Below are positions 30,899-43,504 of a DNA stretch of 64,000 bases, one piece after another. The notes beneath the pieces were generated by a model that was not told where the DNA came from, ran no database searches, and saw only the letters and a list, made by a program, of their open reading frames with translations. The translations under genes were made by a program, and so were the position numbers. Source of the DNA: Alphaproteobacteria bacterium (GTDB lineage: Bacteria; Pseudomonadota; Alphaproteobacteria; UBA2966; CAIVPW01); NCBI GenBank assembly GCA_016869235.1, contig VGER01000005.1, forward strand, positions 575-64,574, in the 5' to 3' direction. The stretch's first letter is position 1, and each line of letters opens with the position of its first letter.

Positions 30899-31587
30899 CC
30901 CGCTCGCGCACCCATCGGGACGATTCGGAGCGCCGCTGCATTGTCAGCGGCGTCACCGAGCATCCGTCGGCGCTGATCCGCTTCGCGGTGGATCCGGACG
31001 GCGCGGTCGTGCCGGATGTCGAGGAGCGCCTGCCCGGGCGGGGGATGTGGGTGGCAGCCGAGGGCGCGCTGCTCGAACGGGCGGTCGAGCGCAACGCGTT
31101 CGCCCGCGCGGCGCGCCGTTCGGTACGCGTGCCGGTGGACATCGCGGCGATGACCGAGCGCGCCATCGCGCGGCGCGCGCTCGATCTGCTGGGTCTAGCC
31201 CGCCGCGCCGGCGCCGTGATCGCCGGCAGGGAGGCGATCTTCGCCGCCGCCCGCGCGCAGCGGCTTGCACTAGTGGTTGCAGCGGAATCGCGCGCGAATT
31301 ACGCGGAAATTCCCGGCGCGGTGCCGCGCGTCACCTGCCTGTCGCTATCCGAAATGAGTTTGGCGCTGGGCGGCGAAAATGTGGTACATGCAGGCCTCGC
31401 CCCAAGCTCGCTCAGCGAGCAATTCCTGCGCCAGGCGCAGCGGTTGCGGGGCCTCCGCGGCGGTTCGGCCGTGGTCCCACTGTCGGAAGCGACCCACGGG
31501 TCGGCGGAGACCAACGATCAGCCACAGAGTCGGGTGACAGAACCCGTTGGTACAAGTGCAGCACGTATGCCTGAAGGACTGACATGA
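30895..31587 (+). CDS. YlxR (DUF448) plus L7Ae-like RNA-binding protein
   Basis: [34 protein letters not shown] and [13 protein letters not shown] start overlapping the nusA stop, with GGAGG upstream, is inferred. Confidence 0.88.
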   Translation: MTRSRTHRDDSERRCIVSGVTEHPSALIRFAVDPDGAVVPDVEERLPGRGMWVAAEGALLERAVERNAFARAARRSVRVPVDIAAMTERAIARRALDLLGLARRAGAVIAGREAIFAAARAQRLALVVAAESRANYAEIPGAVPRVTCLSLSEMSLALGGENVVHAGLAPSSLSEQFLRQAQRLRGLRGGSAVVPLSEATHGSAETNDQPQSRVTEPVGTSAARMPEGLT

Positions 31588-34130
31588 GCGACACCAAGGA
31601 TTCCGACGACGCGCCGCTGACGCTGAAGGCGCCGCGCCGCCTCGAGATCAAGAAGACGGTGGGCTCTGGCCAGGTCCGTCAAAGCTTCAGCCGCGGCCGC
31701 ACCAAGGCGGTGCAGGTCGAGGTGAAGAAGTCCCGCTCCGTAGGCCGCGGCGCGGGCGATGCATTGTTCCGCGCGCCCGGCGAGCGCGAGGAGGCTCCCG
31801 AGCCTGCCGCCCCGGTGCAGCCGCAGGTGGAAGCCAAGGCGCCCGCTGCGCCGCCGCCGCCCTCCGCCGCGTCGCAACGCGGCCGCGTCGTCCTCAAGTC
31901 GCTCACCGACGACGAGAAGGCGGCGCGCGCCCGCGCCGTCGATGGCGCCCGCGCGCGCGACGAAGACCTGCGCCGCCGCGCCGAGGACGAGGCGCGCCGC
32001 AAGGCCGAGGAAAACGCACGTCTTGCGCGCGAGCACGAGGAGGCCGAGCAGCGCAAGGCGGAAGAGGAAGCGCGCAAGCGCGAAGAGGAAGAAGCCAAGC
32101 GCAAGGGTGAGGAAACCGCGGCGCGCAAGCTCGCGGATCCGGAATCGCCGGCCGTGGAGGAGCAGCGCGCCGCCGCCGAGGTCCGTGCGCGCCGTCCGCG
32201 CGCGCCCGAGCCGCAGCGGCGCATGCCCGGCCGCAAGGCCGAGCCGCGCCTGCGCACCGGCCGTCTGACCCTGAACGAGCTTGAGGAGAACGAGCGCACC
32301 CGCTCGCTCGCCTCGGTGCGCCGCGCCCGCGAGCGCGAGAAGCGCCAGGGCAGCGAGCAGCTCGAGCAGAAGAAGATCTTCCGCGACGTGGTGGTGCCGG
32401 AAGCGATCACGGTGCAGGAGCTCGCCAACCGCATGGCCGAGCGCGCCGTCGACGTGGTCAAGGCCCTCATGCGCATGGGCATGATGGTGACGGTCACCGC
32501 CACCATCGATGCCGACACCGCCGAGCTCCTGGTCGCCGAGTTCGGCCACCGCGTGAAACGCGTCTCCGAAGCCGACGTCGAGGTCGGCCTCACCGGCGAG
32601 AAGGATGCCGACGAGACGCTGCAGTCACGCGCCCCGGTCGTCACCGTCATGGGTCACGTCGACCACGGCAAGACGTCGCTCTTGGACGCCCTCCGCAAGA
32701 CCGACGTCGCCGCGGGCGAGTCCGGCGGCATCACCCAGCACATCGGCGCCTATCAGGTCGAGATGAGCTCGGGCGCCAAGATCACGTTCCTCGACACGCC
32801 CGGCCACGAGGCCTTCACCGCCATGCGCGCGCGTGGCGCCAACGTCACCGACATCGTCGTGCTGGTGGTGGCGGCCGACGACGGCATCATGCCGCAGACG
32901 GTCGAGGCCATCCGCCACGCGAAGGCCGCGAACGTGCCCATCATCGTCGCCGTCAACAAGATCGACCTGCACACCGCCAACCCGCGTAAGGTGCGCGAGG
33001 CGTTGCTGCAGCACGAGATCGTCGTCGAGGAGATGGGCGGCGAGACCATCGCGGTGGACGTCTCCGCCAAGACTCGCCAGGGCCTCGACAAGCTCGAGGA
33101 GACCATCCTGCTGCAGGCGGAAATCCTCGAGCTCAAGGCCAACCCGGATCGCATGGCCGAAGGCGCCGTGGTCGAGGCCAAGGTCGACATCGGCCGCGGC
33201 CCGGTCGCCACCGTGCTGGTGCAGCTTGGCACGCTGCGCGTCGGCGACAACTTCGTCGCCGGCGGCGTGGTCGGCCGCGTGCGTGCACTGGTCGGCGATC
33301 GCGGCCAGAAGCTCGAATCGGCCGGCCCCAGCGTGCCGGTCGAGGTGCTCGGTTTCACCAGCGCGGCGGAAGCGGGCGACACCTTCCTGGTCGTCGAGAA
33401 CGAAGCGCGCGCCCGCGAGGTGGCTGCCTACCGCCAGCGCCGCGGCCGCACGCTGCGCATCGGCGGCGAGCGCACCACCGTCGAGCAGCTGTTCGCCAAG
33501 ATCAAGGCGGGCGAAATCGCCGGGGTGCCGGTCGTCGTCAAGACCGACGTGCAGGGCTCGCTCGAGGCTCTCATCGGCGCGGCGCGCAAGCTGTCGACCG
33601 AGGAGGTCGCGGTGCGCGTCATCCACGGTGGCGTCGGCGCCATCAACGAGTCCGACGTGCAGTTCGCCAAGGCGTCGGGTGCGCTCATCATCGGCTTCAA
33701 CGTGCGCGCCAACACGCAGGCGCGCGACCTCGCCAACCGCGACGGCGTCGAGATCCGCTACTACTCGATCATCTACGACGTGGTGGACGACCTGCGCACG
33801 CTGCTGACCGGCAAGCTCGCGCCGACCATCAAGCAGAACTTCATCGGCAACGCGCAGATCCTCGAGGTGTTCAACATCACCAAGGTCGGCAAGATCGCCG
33901 GCTGCAAGGTGACCGAGGGCGTCATGCGCCGCGGCGCGCCGGTGCGGCTGCTGCGCGACAACGTCGTCATCCACGAGGGCAAGCTCAGTCAGCTGAAGCG
34001 CTTCAAGGACGACGTTGAGGAGGTAAAGGCGGGCCTCGAGTGCGGCATGGCGTTCGAGAAGTACCAGGACATCCAGGTTGGCGACGTCATCGAGGCGTTC
34101 GAGGTCGTCGAGATCGCGCGCACGCTGTAG
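31584..34130 (+). CDS. infB: Translation initiation factor IF-2
   Basis: [24 protein letters not shown] and LKRFKDDV. Confidence 0.99.
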   Translation: MSDTKDSDDAPLTLKAPRRLEIKKTVGSGQVRQSFSRGRTKAVQVEVKKSRSVGRGAGDALFRAPGEREEAPEPAAPVQPQVEAKAPAAPPPPSAASQRGRVVLKSLTDDEKAARARAVDGARARDEDLRRRAEDEARRKAEENARLAREHEEAEQRKAEEEARKREEEEAKRKGEETAARKLADPESPAVEEQRAAAEVRARRPRAPEPQRRMPGRKAEPRLRTGRLTLNELEENERTRSLASVRRAREREKRQGSEQLEQKKIFRDVVVPEAITVQELANRMAERAVDVVKALMRMGMMVTVTATIDADTAELLVAEFGHRVKRVSEADVEVGLTGEKDADETLQSRAPVVTVMGHVDHGKTSLLDALRKTDVAAGESGGITQHIGAYQVEMSSGAKITFLDTPGHEAFTAMRARGANVTDIVVLVVAADDGIMPQTVEAIRHAKAANVPIIVAVNKIDLHTANPRKVREALLQHEIVVEEMGGETIAVDVSAKTRQGLDKLEETILLQAEILELKANPDRMAEGAVVEAKVDIGRGPVATVLVQLGTLRVGDNFVAGGVVGRVRALVGDRGQKLESAGPSVPVEVLGFTSAAEAGDTFLVVENEARAREVAAYRQRRGRTLRIGGERTTVEQLFAKIKAGEIAGVPVVVKTDVQGSLEALIGAARKLSTEEVAVRVIHGGVGAINESDVQFAKASGALIIGFNVRANTQARDLANRDGVEIRYYSIIYDVVDDLRTLLTGKLAPTIKQNFIGNAQILEVFNITKVGKIAGCKVTEGVMRRGAPVRLLRDNVVIHEGKLSQLKRFKDDVEEVKAGLECGMAFEKYQDIQVGDVIEAFEVVEIARTL

Positions 34131-34148
34131 AGCGTTTCGAGGAGGTCC

Positions 34149-34610
34149 ATGATGGACCGCCGTTCGTCTCGTCATTCGGATGCTCGTGGAACTGCGCGGC
34201 CCCCGAGCCAGCGCCAGCTGCGCGTGGGCGAGGAGCTGCGTCACGCGCTCTCGGAGATCTTCGCGCGCGGCGACCTGCGCGATCCCGACCTCACCGGCCG
34301 CTCCATCACCGTCACCGAGGTACGCGCCTCTCCCGATCTGCGCAACGTCACCGCCTACGTGACGTTGCTGGGCGGCGTCGCACTGAACGCGCGCAATCCC
34401 GAGGAAGACCCCAACGACGCGTTGCTGGCCGCGCTCGCGCGCTCGGCGCCGTTCCTGCGCGCCCGTCTCGCCGAGATGGTGCAGCTGCGGTACAGCCCAA
34501 AGCTGTTCTTCGCCATCGACACCTCGTTCGAGGCCGCGCGCCGCATCGAGGAGGTGCTGCGCGAGCCCGACGTGGCGCGCGACCTCGCCAAGAAGCCGGA
34601 CGACGAGTGA
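34149..34610 (+). CDS. rbfA: 30S ribosome-binding factor RbfA
   Basis: SQRQLRVGEELRHAL, ITVTEVRASPDLR and LRYSPKLFF. Confidence 0.96.
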   Translation: MMDRRSSRHSDARGTARPPSQRQLRVGEELRHALSEIFARGDLRDPDLTGRSITVTEVRASPDLRNVTAYVTLLGGVALNARNPEEDPNDALLAALARSAPFLRARLAEMVQLRYSPKLFFAIDTSFEAARRIEEVLREPDVARDLAKKPDDE

Positions 34611-34644
34611 GCCGAGCCCGCATCGGCGCCCGGAGCGCGCCGCG

Positions 34645-35529
34645 GTGAGAAAGGGCGACCCCGTCCACGGCTGGTTGATCCTCGACAAGCCGGCTGGCCG
34701 CTCGTCTGCTTGGGCGGTGGGCCAGGTGCGCCGCCTGCTCGGTGCCGCCAAGGCCGGCCACGCCGGTACCCTCGATCCCCTGGCCACCGGTGTCCTGCCC
34801 ATCGCCCTGGGCGAGGCGACCAAGACGGTGCCGTTCGTCCAGGACGGCGCCAAGGCCTACGCCTTCACCGTGCGCTGGGGCGAATCCCGCGACACCCTGG
34901 ACGCCGCGGGCGCCTTGACCGGCACGTCCGAAGTGCGGCCCACGGCCGCCGAGATCGAGGCAGTGCTGCCGCGGTTCATCGGCCGGGTGCAACAGACCCC
35001 GCCGGCCTACTCGGCCCTGAAGGTCGAGGGGCGCCGGGCCTACGACCTTGCCCGCGCCGGCAAGGATCCCGAGCTCGCCCCGCGTGTGGTCGAGATCGAG
35101 GCGCTGCGGCTCCAAGCCGCCCGCGCCGGCGAGGCCGACTTCGAGGTGCGCTGCGGCAAAGGCACCTACGTCCGGGTCCTGGCCCAGGACCTGGCGGCGG
35201 CCCTCGGCGGCCTCGGCTATGTCTCGGCCTTGCGGCGCACCCGGGTGGGGCTGTTTTCGGCCGAATCGGCATTTTCCCTGGCCTCGCTCGCCGAACTCGT
35301 GCTAACACCCGCGCCGAAAGCGTACCTCTTGCCGGTTACCGCAGCGCTGGCCGACATCCCGGCAATCGCGGTGACAGGGGCTGAGGCGAAACGCTTGAAG
35401 ACCGGACAGACCATACGCGTGTCCCAGCCAGGGCAAGGCGACGTCTGTGCGATGACCGACGGTGTCCCCGTGGCAATCGCGACCGTGCAGGACGGTGAAG
35501 CCCGTGTCCTGCGGGTCTTCAATTTGTAG
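34645..35529 (+). CDS. truB: tRNA pseudouridine(55) synthase
   Basis: [25 protein letters not shown] and CGKGTYVR. Confidence 0.97.
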   Translation: MRKGDPVHGWLILDKPAGRSSAWAVGQVRRLLGAAKAGHAGTLDPLATGVLPIALGEATKTVPFVQDGAKAYAFTVRWGESRDTLDAAGALTGTSEVRPTAAEIEAVLPRFIGRVQQTPPAYSALKVEGRRAYDLARAGKDPELAPRVVEIEALRLQAARAGEADFEVRCGKGTYVRVLAQDLAAALGGLGYVSALRRTRVGLFSAESAFSLASLAELVLTPAPKAYLLPVTAALADIPAIAVTGAEAKRLKTGQTIRVSQPGQGDVCAMTDGVPVAIATVQDGEARVLRVFNL

Positions 35530-35561
35530 GCGCGGTTCCTATTTCTGGATCAGAGGAGCAG

Positions 35562-35831
35562 ATGTCGATCACTACCGAACGCAAAGCGGAGTTGATGACG
35601 CAGTACGCCCGCACGAAGGGCGACACCGGTTCGCCGGAGGTGCAGGTCGCGATCCTGTCCGAGCGCATCAACAACCTCACCGAGCACTTCAAGACTCACG
35701 GCAAGGACACGCATTCCCGTCGCGGGTTGATCAAGCTGATCAACACGCGCCGCAGCTTGCTAGACTATCTGCGCAAGCGCGATGCGGGCCGCTACGAGGC
35801 CATCATCAAGGCGTTCGGGTTGCGGAAATAG
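35562..35831 (+). CDS. rpsO: 30S ribosomal protein S15
   Basis: [17 protein letters not shown] and HSRRGL. Confidence 0.99.
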   Translation: MSITTERKAELMTQYARTKGDTGSPEVQVAILSERINNLTEHFKTHGKDTHSRRGLIKLINTRRSLLDYLRKRDAGRYEAIIKAFGLRK

Positions 35832-36109
35832 CGTTGCCAGACGGCAAGTTTTCGATTCGCACGTTGTCATCGACGGAGCTTCTGCATCCGCGCCCGCAGC
35901 GAACTGATTCGCGGCGGCATGCGTCGGCGTTGAAGCAATGCGCGCCACCCCCGGGCAGGAACTCCCGGGCCGCTGCAAGTGCAGCGACGGGTCGCGCGCG
36001 CCTAGTTGCCGCGTAGGGCGGCAACGGGCACTGCCCACTGGGTCGCGATAGGCGCGACGGAAGCGGGCATGAAGGGGGCAGCCGCATACGGCGGCGCCCG
36101 GGAAGGAAG

Positions 36110-38275
<2,166 letters not shown>

Positions 38276-38381
38276 TGGCTCGCGCGCTGGCTAAGTCCTT
38301 GACCGATCAGGCCGTCATGCGGCGCCGGCGGGGGTCCGCTATGCTCTGCCGGCTTGCGGACGCCCGGGGAGGCTTGGTCCG

Positions 38382-39779
38382 ATGAAGGCACTGAACGCCA
38401 TCCGCATGTCCGGCGCCGAGGTGCTGCCCTTGATCGAGGGCGGCAAGGGCGTGTCGATCACCACGGGCCGCTCGTCCGGCCCGTGGGCGCGCGCCGGCGG
38501 CATCGGCACGTTCTCGGGCGTCAACGCCGACTTCTACGACGAGAACGGCACGCTCGTGCCGCAGATCTACAAGGGCAAGACGCGCCGCGAGCGCCACGAC
38601 GAGCTTGTCAACTTCGGCATCCTCGGCGGCATCGCCCAGGCCAAGATCGCCCACGACCTGCGCGAAGGCTTCGGCCGTCTCCACATGAACATCCTGTGGG
38701 AGATGGGCGGCGCCGAGCGCGTGCTCACCGGCATCCTGGAGGGCGCCAAGGGCCTGATCCACGGCGTCACCTGCGGCGCCGGCATGCCGTACCGGCTGGC
38801 CGAGATCGCCGCCAAATACGGCGTCTACTACTACCCGATCATCTCGTCGGCGCGCGCCTTTCGCGCGCTGTGGAAGCGCGCCTACCACAAGGCGTCCGAG
38901 TTCCTCGGCGCGGTGGTCTACGAGGACCCCTGGCTCGCCGGCGGCCACAACGGACTGTCGAACTCCGAGGATCCGACCAAGCCCGAGAACCCGTTTCCGC
39001 GCCTCGTCGAATTGCGCAAGCAGATGAACGAGTTCGGGTTGAACAACACGCCCATCGTGATGGCGGGCGGCGTGTGGTACCTGCGCGACTGGCAGGACTA
39101 CATCGACAATCCCGACATCGGGCCGATCGCCTTCCAGTTCGGCACGCGGCCGCTCCTTACCAAGGAGAGCCCGATCTCCGACGCGTGGAAGGAGAAGCTC
39201 CTCACGCTCAAGGAAGGCGACATCTATTTGAACCGCTTCTCGCCGACCGGATTCTGGTCGTCCGCGGTCGAGAACGAGTTCCTACGCGAGCTCAAGGGCC
39301 GCGAGGCGCGCCAGATCGCCTACACCATGGAGGAGGTCGGCGAGCACACCGCCGAGTTCCCCATGGGCCCGCGCGGCCGCCTCGTCTACCTCACGCCCGG
39401 CGACAAGATCCGCGCCCAGGAATGGGTGGCCCAGGGCTTCACCGAGGCGCTCAAGACGCCCGACTCGACGCTGATCTTCGTGACGCCCGAGAAGGGCCGT
39501 CAGATCCGCATCGACCAGATCGAGTGCATGGGCTGCCTCAGCCAATGCCGCTTCTCCAACTGGGACCAAGGCCCGGAAGGCACCAACGGCAAGAAGGCCG
39601 ACCCGCGCAGCTTCTGCATCCAGAAGACCCTGCAGGACATCTCCCACGACGGCAACGTCGAACATAACTTGATGTTCGCCGGCCACGGCGCCTACCGGTT
39701 CGCCTCGGACCCGTTCTACTCGAACAAGTTCACCCCGACCGTCAAAGAGCTGGTCGCTCGCATCCTCACCGGCGACTGA
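38382..39779 (+). CDS. Nitronate monooxygenase-family flavin oxidoreductase
   Basis: PLIEGGKGV, GVTCGAGMP, EDPWLAGGHNG and FQFGTRP. Confidence 0.85.
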   Translation: MKALNAIRMSGAEVLPLIEGGKGVSITTGRSSGPWARAGGIGTFSGVNADFYDENGTLVPQIYKGKTRRERHDELVNFGILGGIAQAKIAHDLREGFGRLHMNILWEMGGAERVLTGILEGAKGLIHGVTCGAGMPYRLAEIAAKYGVYYYPIISSARAFRALWKRAYHKASEFLGAVVYEDPWLAGGHNGLSNSEDPTKPENPFPRLVELRKQMNEFGLNNTPIVMAGGVWYLRDWQDYIDNPDIGPIAFQFGTRPLLTKESPISDAWKEKLLTLKEGDIYLNRFSPTGFWSSAVENEFLRELKGREARQIAYTMEEVGEHTAEFPMGPRGRLVYLTPGDKIRAQEWVAQGFTEALKTPDSTLIFVTPEKGRQIRIDQIECMGCLSQCRFSNWDQGPEGTNGKKADPRSFCIQKTLQDISHDGNVEHNLMFAGHGAYRFASDPFYSNKFTPTVKELVARILTGD

Positions 39780-39788
39780 GAACCGTCG

Positions 39789-39872
39789 CGCGCCAAGGGC
39801 GCGCCGGCATCTCCCTCCCCGGTCGCGCCCTTGGCGCGTCAGTCAACGACGTCGGGGAGGGTAAGGTGGGAG
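39789..39872. repeat. REP-like repeat, family B (CCCTCCCC...GGGGAGGGTAAGGTGGG), interlocked with a 15-bp perfect inverted repeat
   Basis: CGCGCCAAGGGCGCG (39789-39803) and CGCGCCCTTGGCGCG (39824-39838); related copy at 42045-42082. Confidence 0.65.
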
Positions 39873-39879
39873 TGTCGGG

Positions 39880-40205
39880 TCAGTCGCGCCCGTACTTCTT
39901 CACCCGCCCAAACAGCTGTACGCCGCCGTCCTGTGCTCGCCCATGTCCATCAGCGAGAAGTAGCGGCCGCACACCGGATCGTCGGCCACCTTCTGCATGG
40001 CGGCGTCCACCGCTGCCCGGCTCTCCCAGACCACCAGGTCGGTCCACTCACCGTCGCCGCCGCGCAACAGCTCGCGGCTGACGAATCCCGGCTGATGCGC
40101 AAGGAAATCCTTCTGCACCTCGTCAGCGGCGGCGATCACGGCCTCGGCGGTCACGCCCGGCTTGGTGCGGAACGGCGCCCATTCGATAACGGCATCTTGC
40201 TGCAT
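39880..40205 (-). CDS. Small dimeric alpha+beta barrel (antibiotic biosynthesis monooxygenase-like) protein; probable 1-nt deletion near 39933
   Basis: GGAGG SD; FLAHQPGFVSRELL..GEWTDLVVWES. The called frame stops at 39900, while the shifted frame gives ...GGVQLFGRVKKYGRD* at 39880. Confidence 0.75.
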
Positions 40206-40248
40206 GGTTTTACCTCCACGGTTGGATGCCACTTGCGTACGGCAAATC

Positions 40249-40267
40249 CCTGACAGAAAGTGTCAGG
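40249..40267. promoter_or_regulatory. Palindromic operator, probable binding site of the WYL regulator
   Basis: CCTGACA-N5-TGTCAGG perfect inverted repeat in the 63-bp divergent intergenic region. Confidence 0.7.
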
Positions 40268-40268
40268 A

Positions 40269-41000
40269 ATGTCGCGCCTGGACCGTCTCTCCGATCTGGA
40301 AGCCCATTTGCGCGCCCGGGGCGAGACCACGGTCGGCAGCCTCGCCGCCGCGCTGGGCGTCAGCGAGCGCACGGTGTTCCGCGATCTCGCCGCCCTGCGC
40401 GCGCGCGGCCTCGTCATGGACGCCGATCCGGGCCCCGGCGGCGGCGTGCGCCTCGATCGCGGCCTCAGCCCGCATGCCGTGCAGTTCACTTTGGCCGAGG
40501 TCGTCTCCCTGTGGTTCGCCGCCCGCCTGTCGCAGGGCGCCAGCAACCTCCCCTGGAGCGGCGCCGCCCGCACCGGCCTCGCCAAGCTGCTGGGGTCGCT
40601 CGCCCGCCCGCGCGCCACCGAGCTGCACGCGCTGTGCCGCCGCGTCATCGTCGGCCCGCCCGCCAGCGAACCCGTGCGCGCCGGCGCGAGGGCGCCTGAG
40701 CGCGAGCTGTTGGGCACCTTCGAGCGCGCCTTCTCCGAGCGCCGTGGGCTCGGATTCCACTACACGGACCAGCAGGGCCGCCAGACCCTGCGCCGCGTCG
40801 AGCCGCACGGCCTCCTGGTCGAGCCGCCGGTGTGGTACGTGCTGGCGCGCGACCTCGACAAGGGCGAGCCGCGCATGTTCCGCATGGACCGCATCGCCCG
40901 CGCCCGGCTGCTCCCGGATATCCGGTTCCATCCCGACTTCGCCGTTATAGACGTCCAGGTGCCGGACCGCGAGCGCTGGCGGCCGCTCACCGCCGCATAG
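40269..41000 (+). CDS. HTH-WYL domain transcriptional regulator (YafY-like)
   Basis: LAAALGVSERTVFRDLAAL (HTH_11), GPGGG, RRVEPHGL, WYVLA and FRMDRI. Confidence 0.93.
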   Translation: MSRLDRLSDLEAHLRARGETTVGSLAAALGVSERTVFRDLAALRARGLVMDADPGPGGGVRLDRGLSPHAVQFTLAEVVSLWFAARLSQGASNLPWSGAARTGLAKLLGSLARPRATELHALCRRVIVGPPASEPVRAGARAPERELLGTFERAFSERRGLGFHYTDQQGRQTLRRVEPHGLLVEPPVWYVLARDLDKGEPRMFRMDRIARARLLPDIRFHPDFAVIDVQVPDRERWRPLTAA

Positions 41001-41032
41001 GGGGCTGGCATCGGGGCTCGCCTAATCCTATA

Positions 41033-41049
41033 TTTGGAATAATTCCAGA
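41033..41049. promoter_or_regulatory. ICE box (Irr binding site) abutting the irr start codon
   Basis: TTTGGAA-TAA-TTCCAGA versus consensus TTTRGAA-N3-TTCYAAA. Confidence 0.75.
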
Positions 41050-41505
41050 ATGGCTAAGCATGTGGTTTCCGGCAGCAAGCGGACGGTGAGGGCGGTGAAC
41101 GCCGCCACCCTCGCGCGCCTGCGCGAGGCGGGGCTGCGGCCGACGCGCCAGCGCCTGGCGCTCGCTGCGCTGCTGTTCGACGGCCACCCGCACGGCCGCC
41201 ACGTCTCGGCCGAAGCGTTGTTCGGCGAGGTCCGCGCCGCGGGGGCCAAGGTGTCCCTCGCCACCGTCTACAACACCCTGCACCAATTCACCGCGGCCGG
41301 CCTGTTGCGCGAGCTGGTAGTCGATCCCGGCACGTCGCTGTTCGACACCAATGTCGGCGACCACCATCACCTCTACTTCGAGGATTCCGGCGATCTGCGC
41401 GACGTGGACGCGGATCGCATCGAGATCAAAGGCTTGCCGGCGACGCCCAAGGGCGCCGAGGTGGCGCGCGTGGACGTGATCGTGCGCCTTCGGCGGAGGA
41501 GCTAG
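41050..41505 (+). CDS. irr: Iron response regulator Irr (Fur family)
   Basis: GLRPTRQRLALA, VSLATVYNTLHQF, FDTN..DHHH and RVDVIVRL. Confidence 0.92.
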   Translation: MAKHVVSGSKRTVRAVNAATLARLREAGLRPTRQRLALAALLFDGHPHGRHVSAEALFGEVRAAGAKVSLATVYNTLHQFTAAGLLRELVVDPGTSLFDTNVGDHHHLYFEDSGDLRDVDADRIEIKGLPATPKGAEVARVDVIVRLRRRS

Positions 41506-41522
41506 GACGCGGGGTTTTTTAA

Positions 41523-41571
41523 ACTAGAATAATTCTAATCTATTGACGCAGCGGCTTTGCGCGCGTACATA
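41523..41571 (+). promoter_or_regulatory. ICE box plus sigma70 promoter of the rubrerythrin operon
   Basis: ACTAGAA-TAA-TTCTAAT (41523-41539), then TTGACG-N17-TACATA. Confidence 0.7.
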
Positions 41572-41609
41572 GGCACCAAGCAAGGCGTTCACGACCAAGG
41601 AGAAGAACC

Positions 41610-42029
41610 ATGAAGCCGTTGAAGGGGAGCAAGACCGAAGAGAACCTCAAGGCCGCGTTCGCGGGCGAGTCCCAGGCGAACCGCCGCTACCTGTATTTTG
41701 CCCAGAAGGCCGACGTCGAGGGCTACAACGACGTCTCCGCCGTGTTCCGCTCCACCGCCGAAGGCGAGACCGGCCACGCCCACGGCCACCTCGAGTACCT
41801 CGAGGCGTCGGGCGATCCCGCCACCGGCAAGCCGATCGGCGGCACCAAGCTCAACCTCGCCGCCTCCATCGCCGGCGAGACCCACGAGTACACCGACATG
41901 TACCCGGGCATGGCCAAGACGGCGCGCGCCGAAGGCTTCGACGAGATTGCCGACTGGTTCGAGACCCTCGCCAAGGCCGAGAAGTCGCACGCCGGCCGCT
42001 TCCAGAAGGCCCTCGACACCCTCGGCTAA
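41610..42029 (+). CDS. rbr: Short rubrerythrin (no rubredoxin domain)
   Basis: [33 protein letters not shown] and AEKSH di-iron motifs; 139 aa. Confidence 0.95.
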   Translation: MKPLKGSKTEENLKAAFAGESQANRRYLYFAQKADVEGYNDVSAVFRSTAEGETGHAHGHLEYLEASGDPATGKPIGGTKLNLAASIAGETHEYTDMYPGMAKTARAEGFDEIADWFETLAKAEKSHAGRFQKALDTLG

Positions 42030-42044
42030 CCACCTGTTTGTGAA

Positions 42045-42082
42045 CCCCTCCCCCGCCCTGCGGGGGAGGGTAGGGTGGGGGT
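42045..42082. repeat. REP-like repeat, family B
   Basis: CCCCTCCCCCGCCCTGCGGGGGAGGGTAGGGTGGGGG hairpin, similar to 39811-39872. Confidence 0.7.
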
Positions 42083-42142
42083 GTCGACGCAGACACGCCC
42101 GCGAATAGCGCGCAGTCCGCCGCGCCATCAGAAGAAGAAACG

Positions 42143-43504
42143 ATGCACCTCGAAGGCACCGGCGCGCCGACGCGCCACGTCATCGCGTGGGACGACCCGT
42201 CCTACACCGATTCCGCCGCGCTCGATGCCGAGCTGCGCCGCCAGTTCGACGTCTGTCACGGCTGCCGGCGCTGCTTCAACTTGTGCGACTCGTTCCCGCG
42301 CCTGTTCGATCTGATCGACGCGTCCCAGTCGGGCGAGCTCGATACCGTCGATTCCAAGGACTTCCAGCCGGTCATCGACGCCTGCACGCTGTGCGACATG
42401 TGCTTCATGACGAAGTGCCCGTACGTGCCGCCGCACGCGTTCAACATCGACTTCCCGCACCTGATGCTGCGCTACCGCGTGATGGAGAACCGGCATGGCA
42501 GGCCGACCTTCGCCCAGCGCCAAATTCGCAAGACCGACCGCAACGGCGCGCTGGCCACGCACCTGTCGGCGCTCGCCAACTGGGGCACCTCTGTCGCCAA
42601 CAAGCTCGGCCGCGCCGTGCTGGCGGCGTTCGCCAACATCCACCCGCGCGCCTGGCTGCCGCGTTACGTGCGCGCCCGCGACGTGCTGGTGACGCGCGCG
42701 GCGCGCGAGTCGGAGCCCGTGAACCTGCTCGCGCCGGCCGCCAACAAGCGCAAGGTGGTGCTCTACGCCACCTGCGCCGGCAACTTCAACAAGCCCGAGG
42801 TCGGCCTCGCCACGCGCGCGGTGCTGGCGCGAAATGGCGTCGAGACGGTCGTGGTGCATCCCGGCTGCTGCGGCATGCCGCAGCTCGAGATCGGCGACCT
42901 CGCCGCGGTGGCCGCCAGCGCCAAGAAGGTGTCCGCCGAGCTGGTGGCGTGGGTGGACAAGGACTACGACGTCGTCGCGCTGACGCCGTCGTGCGCGCTG
43001 ATGCTGAAGTTCGAGTGGCCGCTGATCGTGCCCAAAGACGCCAACGTCGCGCGCCTCGCCAAGGCGACCCACGACGTGGCCGAGTACATCGTCGAGATCG
43101 CCAAGGCCGAAGGCCTGGCCGAAGGCCTCGCGCCGATGCCGGAGCCGGTGGCGCTGCACATCTCTTGCCACAGCCGCGCGCAGAACATGGGCGCCAAGGC
43201 CGCCGACATGCTGCGCCTCATTCCCGAGGCGAATATCAGCGTCGTCGACCGCTGCTCGGGTCACGGCGGCGCGTGGGGCGCCGAGAAGCCCAACTTCGAG
43301 GTAGCGCTGAAAGTCAGCAAGCCGGTCTTCCGCCGCGTGCTTGACTTGAAGCCGGCGCACATCGCCTCGGAGTGTCCGCTGGCCGGCGATCACATCGTCC
43401 AGGGCGTACAGGAGCTGGAGCCGGGCGCCGGTCCCAAGACGGCGGTCCACCCGATCCTCTTGTTCGCCCGCGCCTACGGCATCGACGTTGGAGCCTCCCC
43501 ATGA
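42143..43504 (+). CDS. Rubrerythrin-associated Fe-S oxidoreductase (GlpC/HdrD-like, CCG domains)
   Basis: [30 protein letters not shown] and RCSGHGG. Confidence 0.92.
   Translation: MHLEGTGAPTRHVIAWDDPSYTDSAALDAELRRQFDVCHGCRRCFNLCDSFPRLFDLIDASQSGELDTVDSKDFQPVIDACTLCDMCFMTKCPYVPPHAFNIDFPHLMLRYRVMENRHGRPTFAQRQIRKTDRNGALATHLSALANWGTSVANKLGRAVLAAFANIHPRAWLPRYVRARDVLVTRAARESEPVNLLAPAANKRKVVLYATCAGNFNKPEVGLATRAVLARNGVETVVVHPGCCGMPQLEIGDLAAVAASAKKVSAELVAWVDKDYDVVALTPSCALMLKFEWPLIVPKDANVARLAKATHDVAEYIVEIAKAEGLAEGLAPMPEPVALHISCHSRAQNMGAKAADMLRLIPEANISVVDRCSGHGGAWGAEKPNFEVALKVSKPVFRRVLDLKPAHIASECPLAGDHIVQGVQELEPGAGPKTAVHPILLFARAYGIDVGASP

Noticed and set aside
34607-34648. 13-aa mini-ORF overlapping both the rbfA stop and the truB start
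   Set aside because: It is equally explained by one missing C at about 34618 that would extend truB ([18 protein letters not shown]), so it cannot be supported as a real peptide.
35832-36109. Hairpins in the rpsO-pnp spacer as a novel ncRNA
   Set aside because: They are short GC-rich stems of the kind expected for a pnp leader or processing region; nothing distinctive supports a separate RNA gene.
40269-41000. WYL protein as a marker of a phage-defence or CRISPR locus
   Set aside because: No cas genes, repeat-spacer array or defence genes lie nearby; it is the YafY-type regulator with a divergent small gene.
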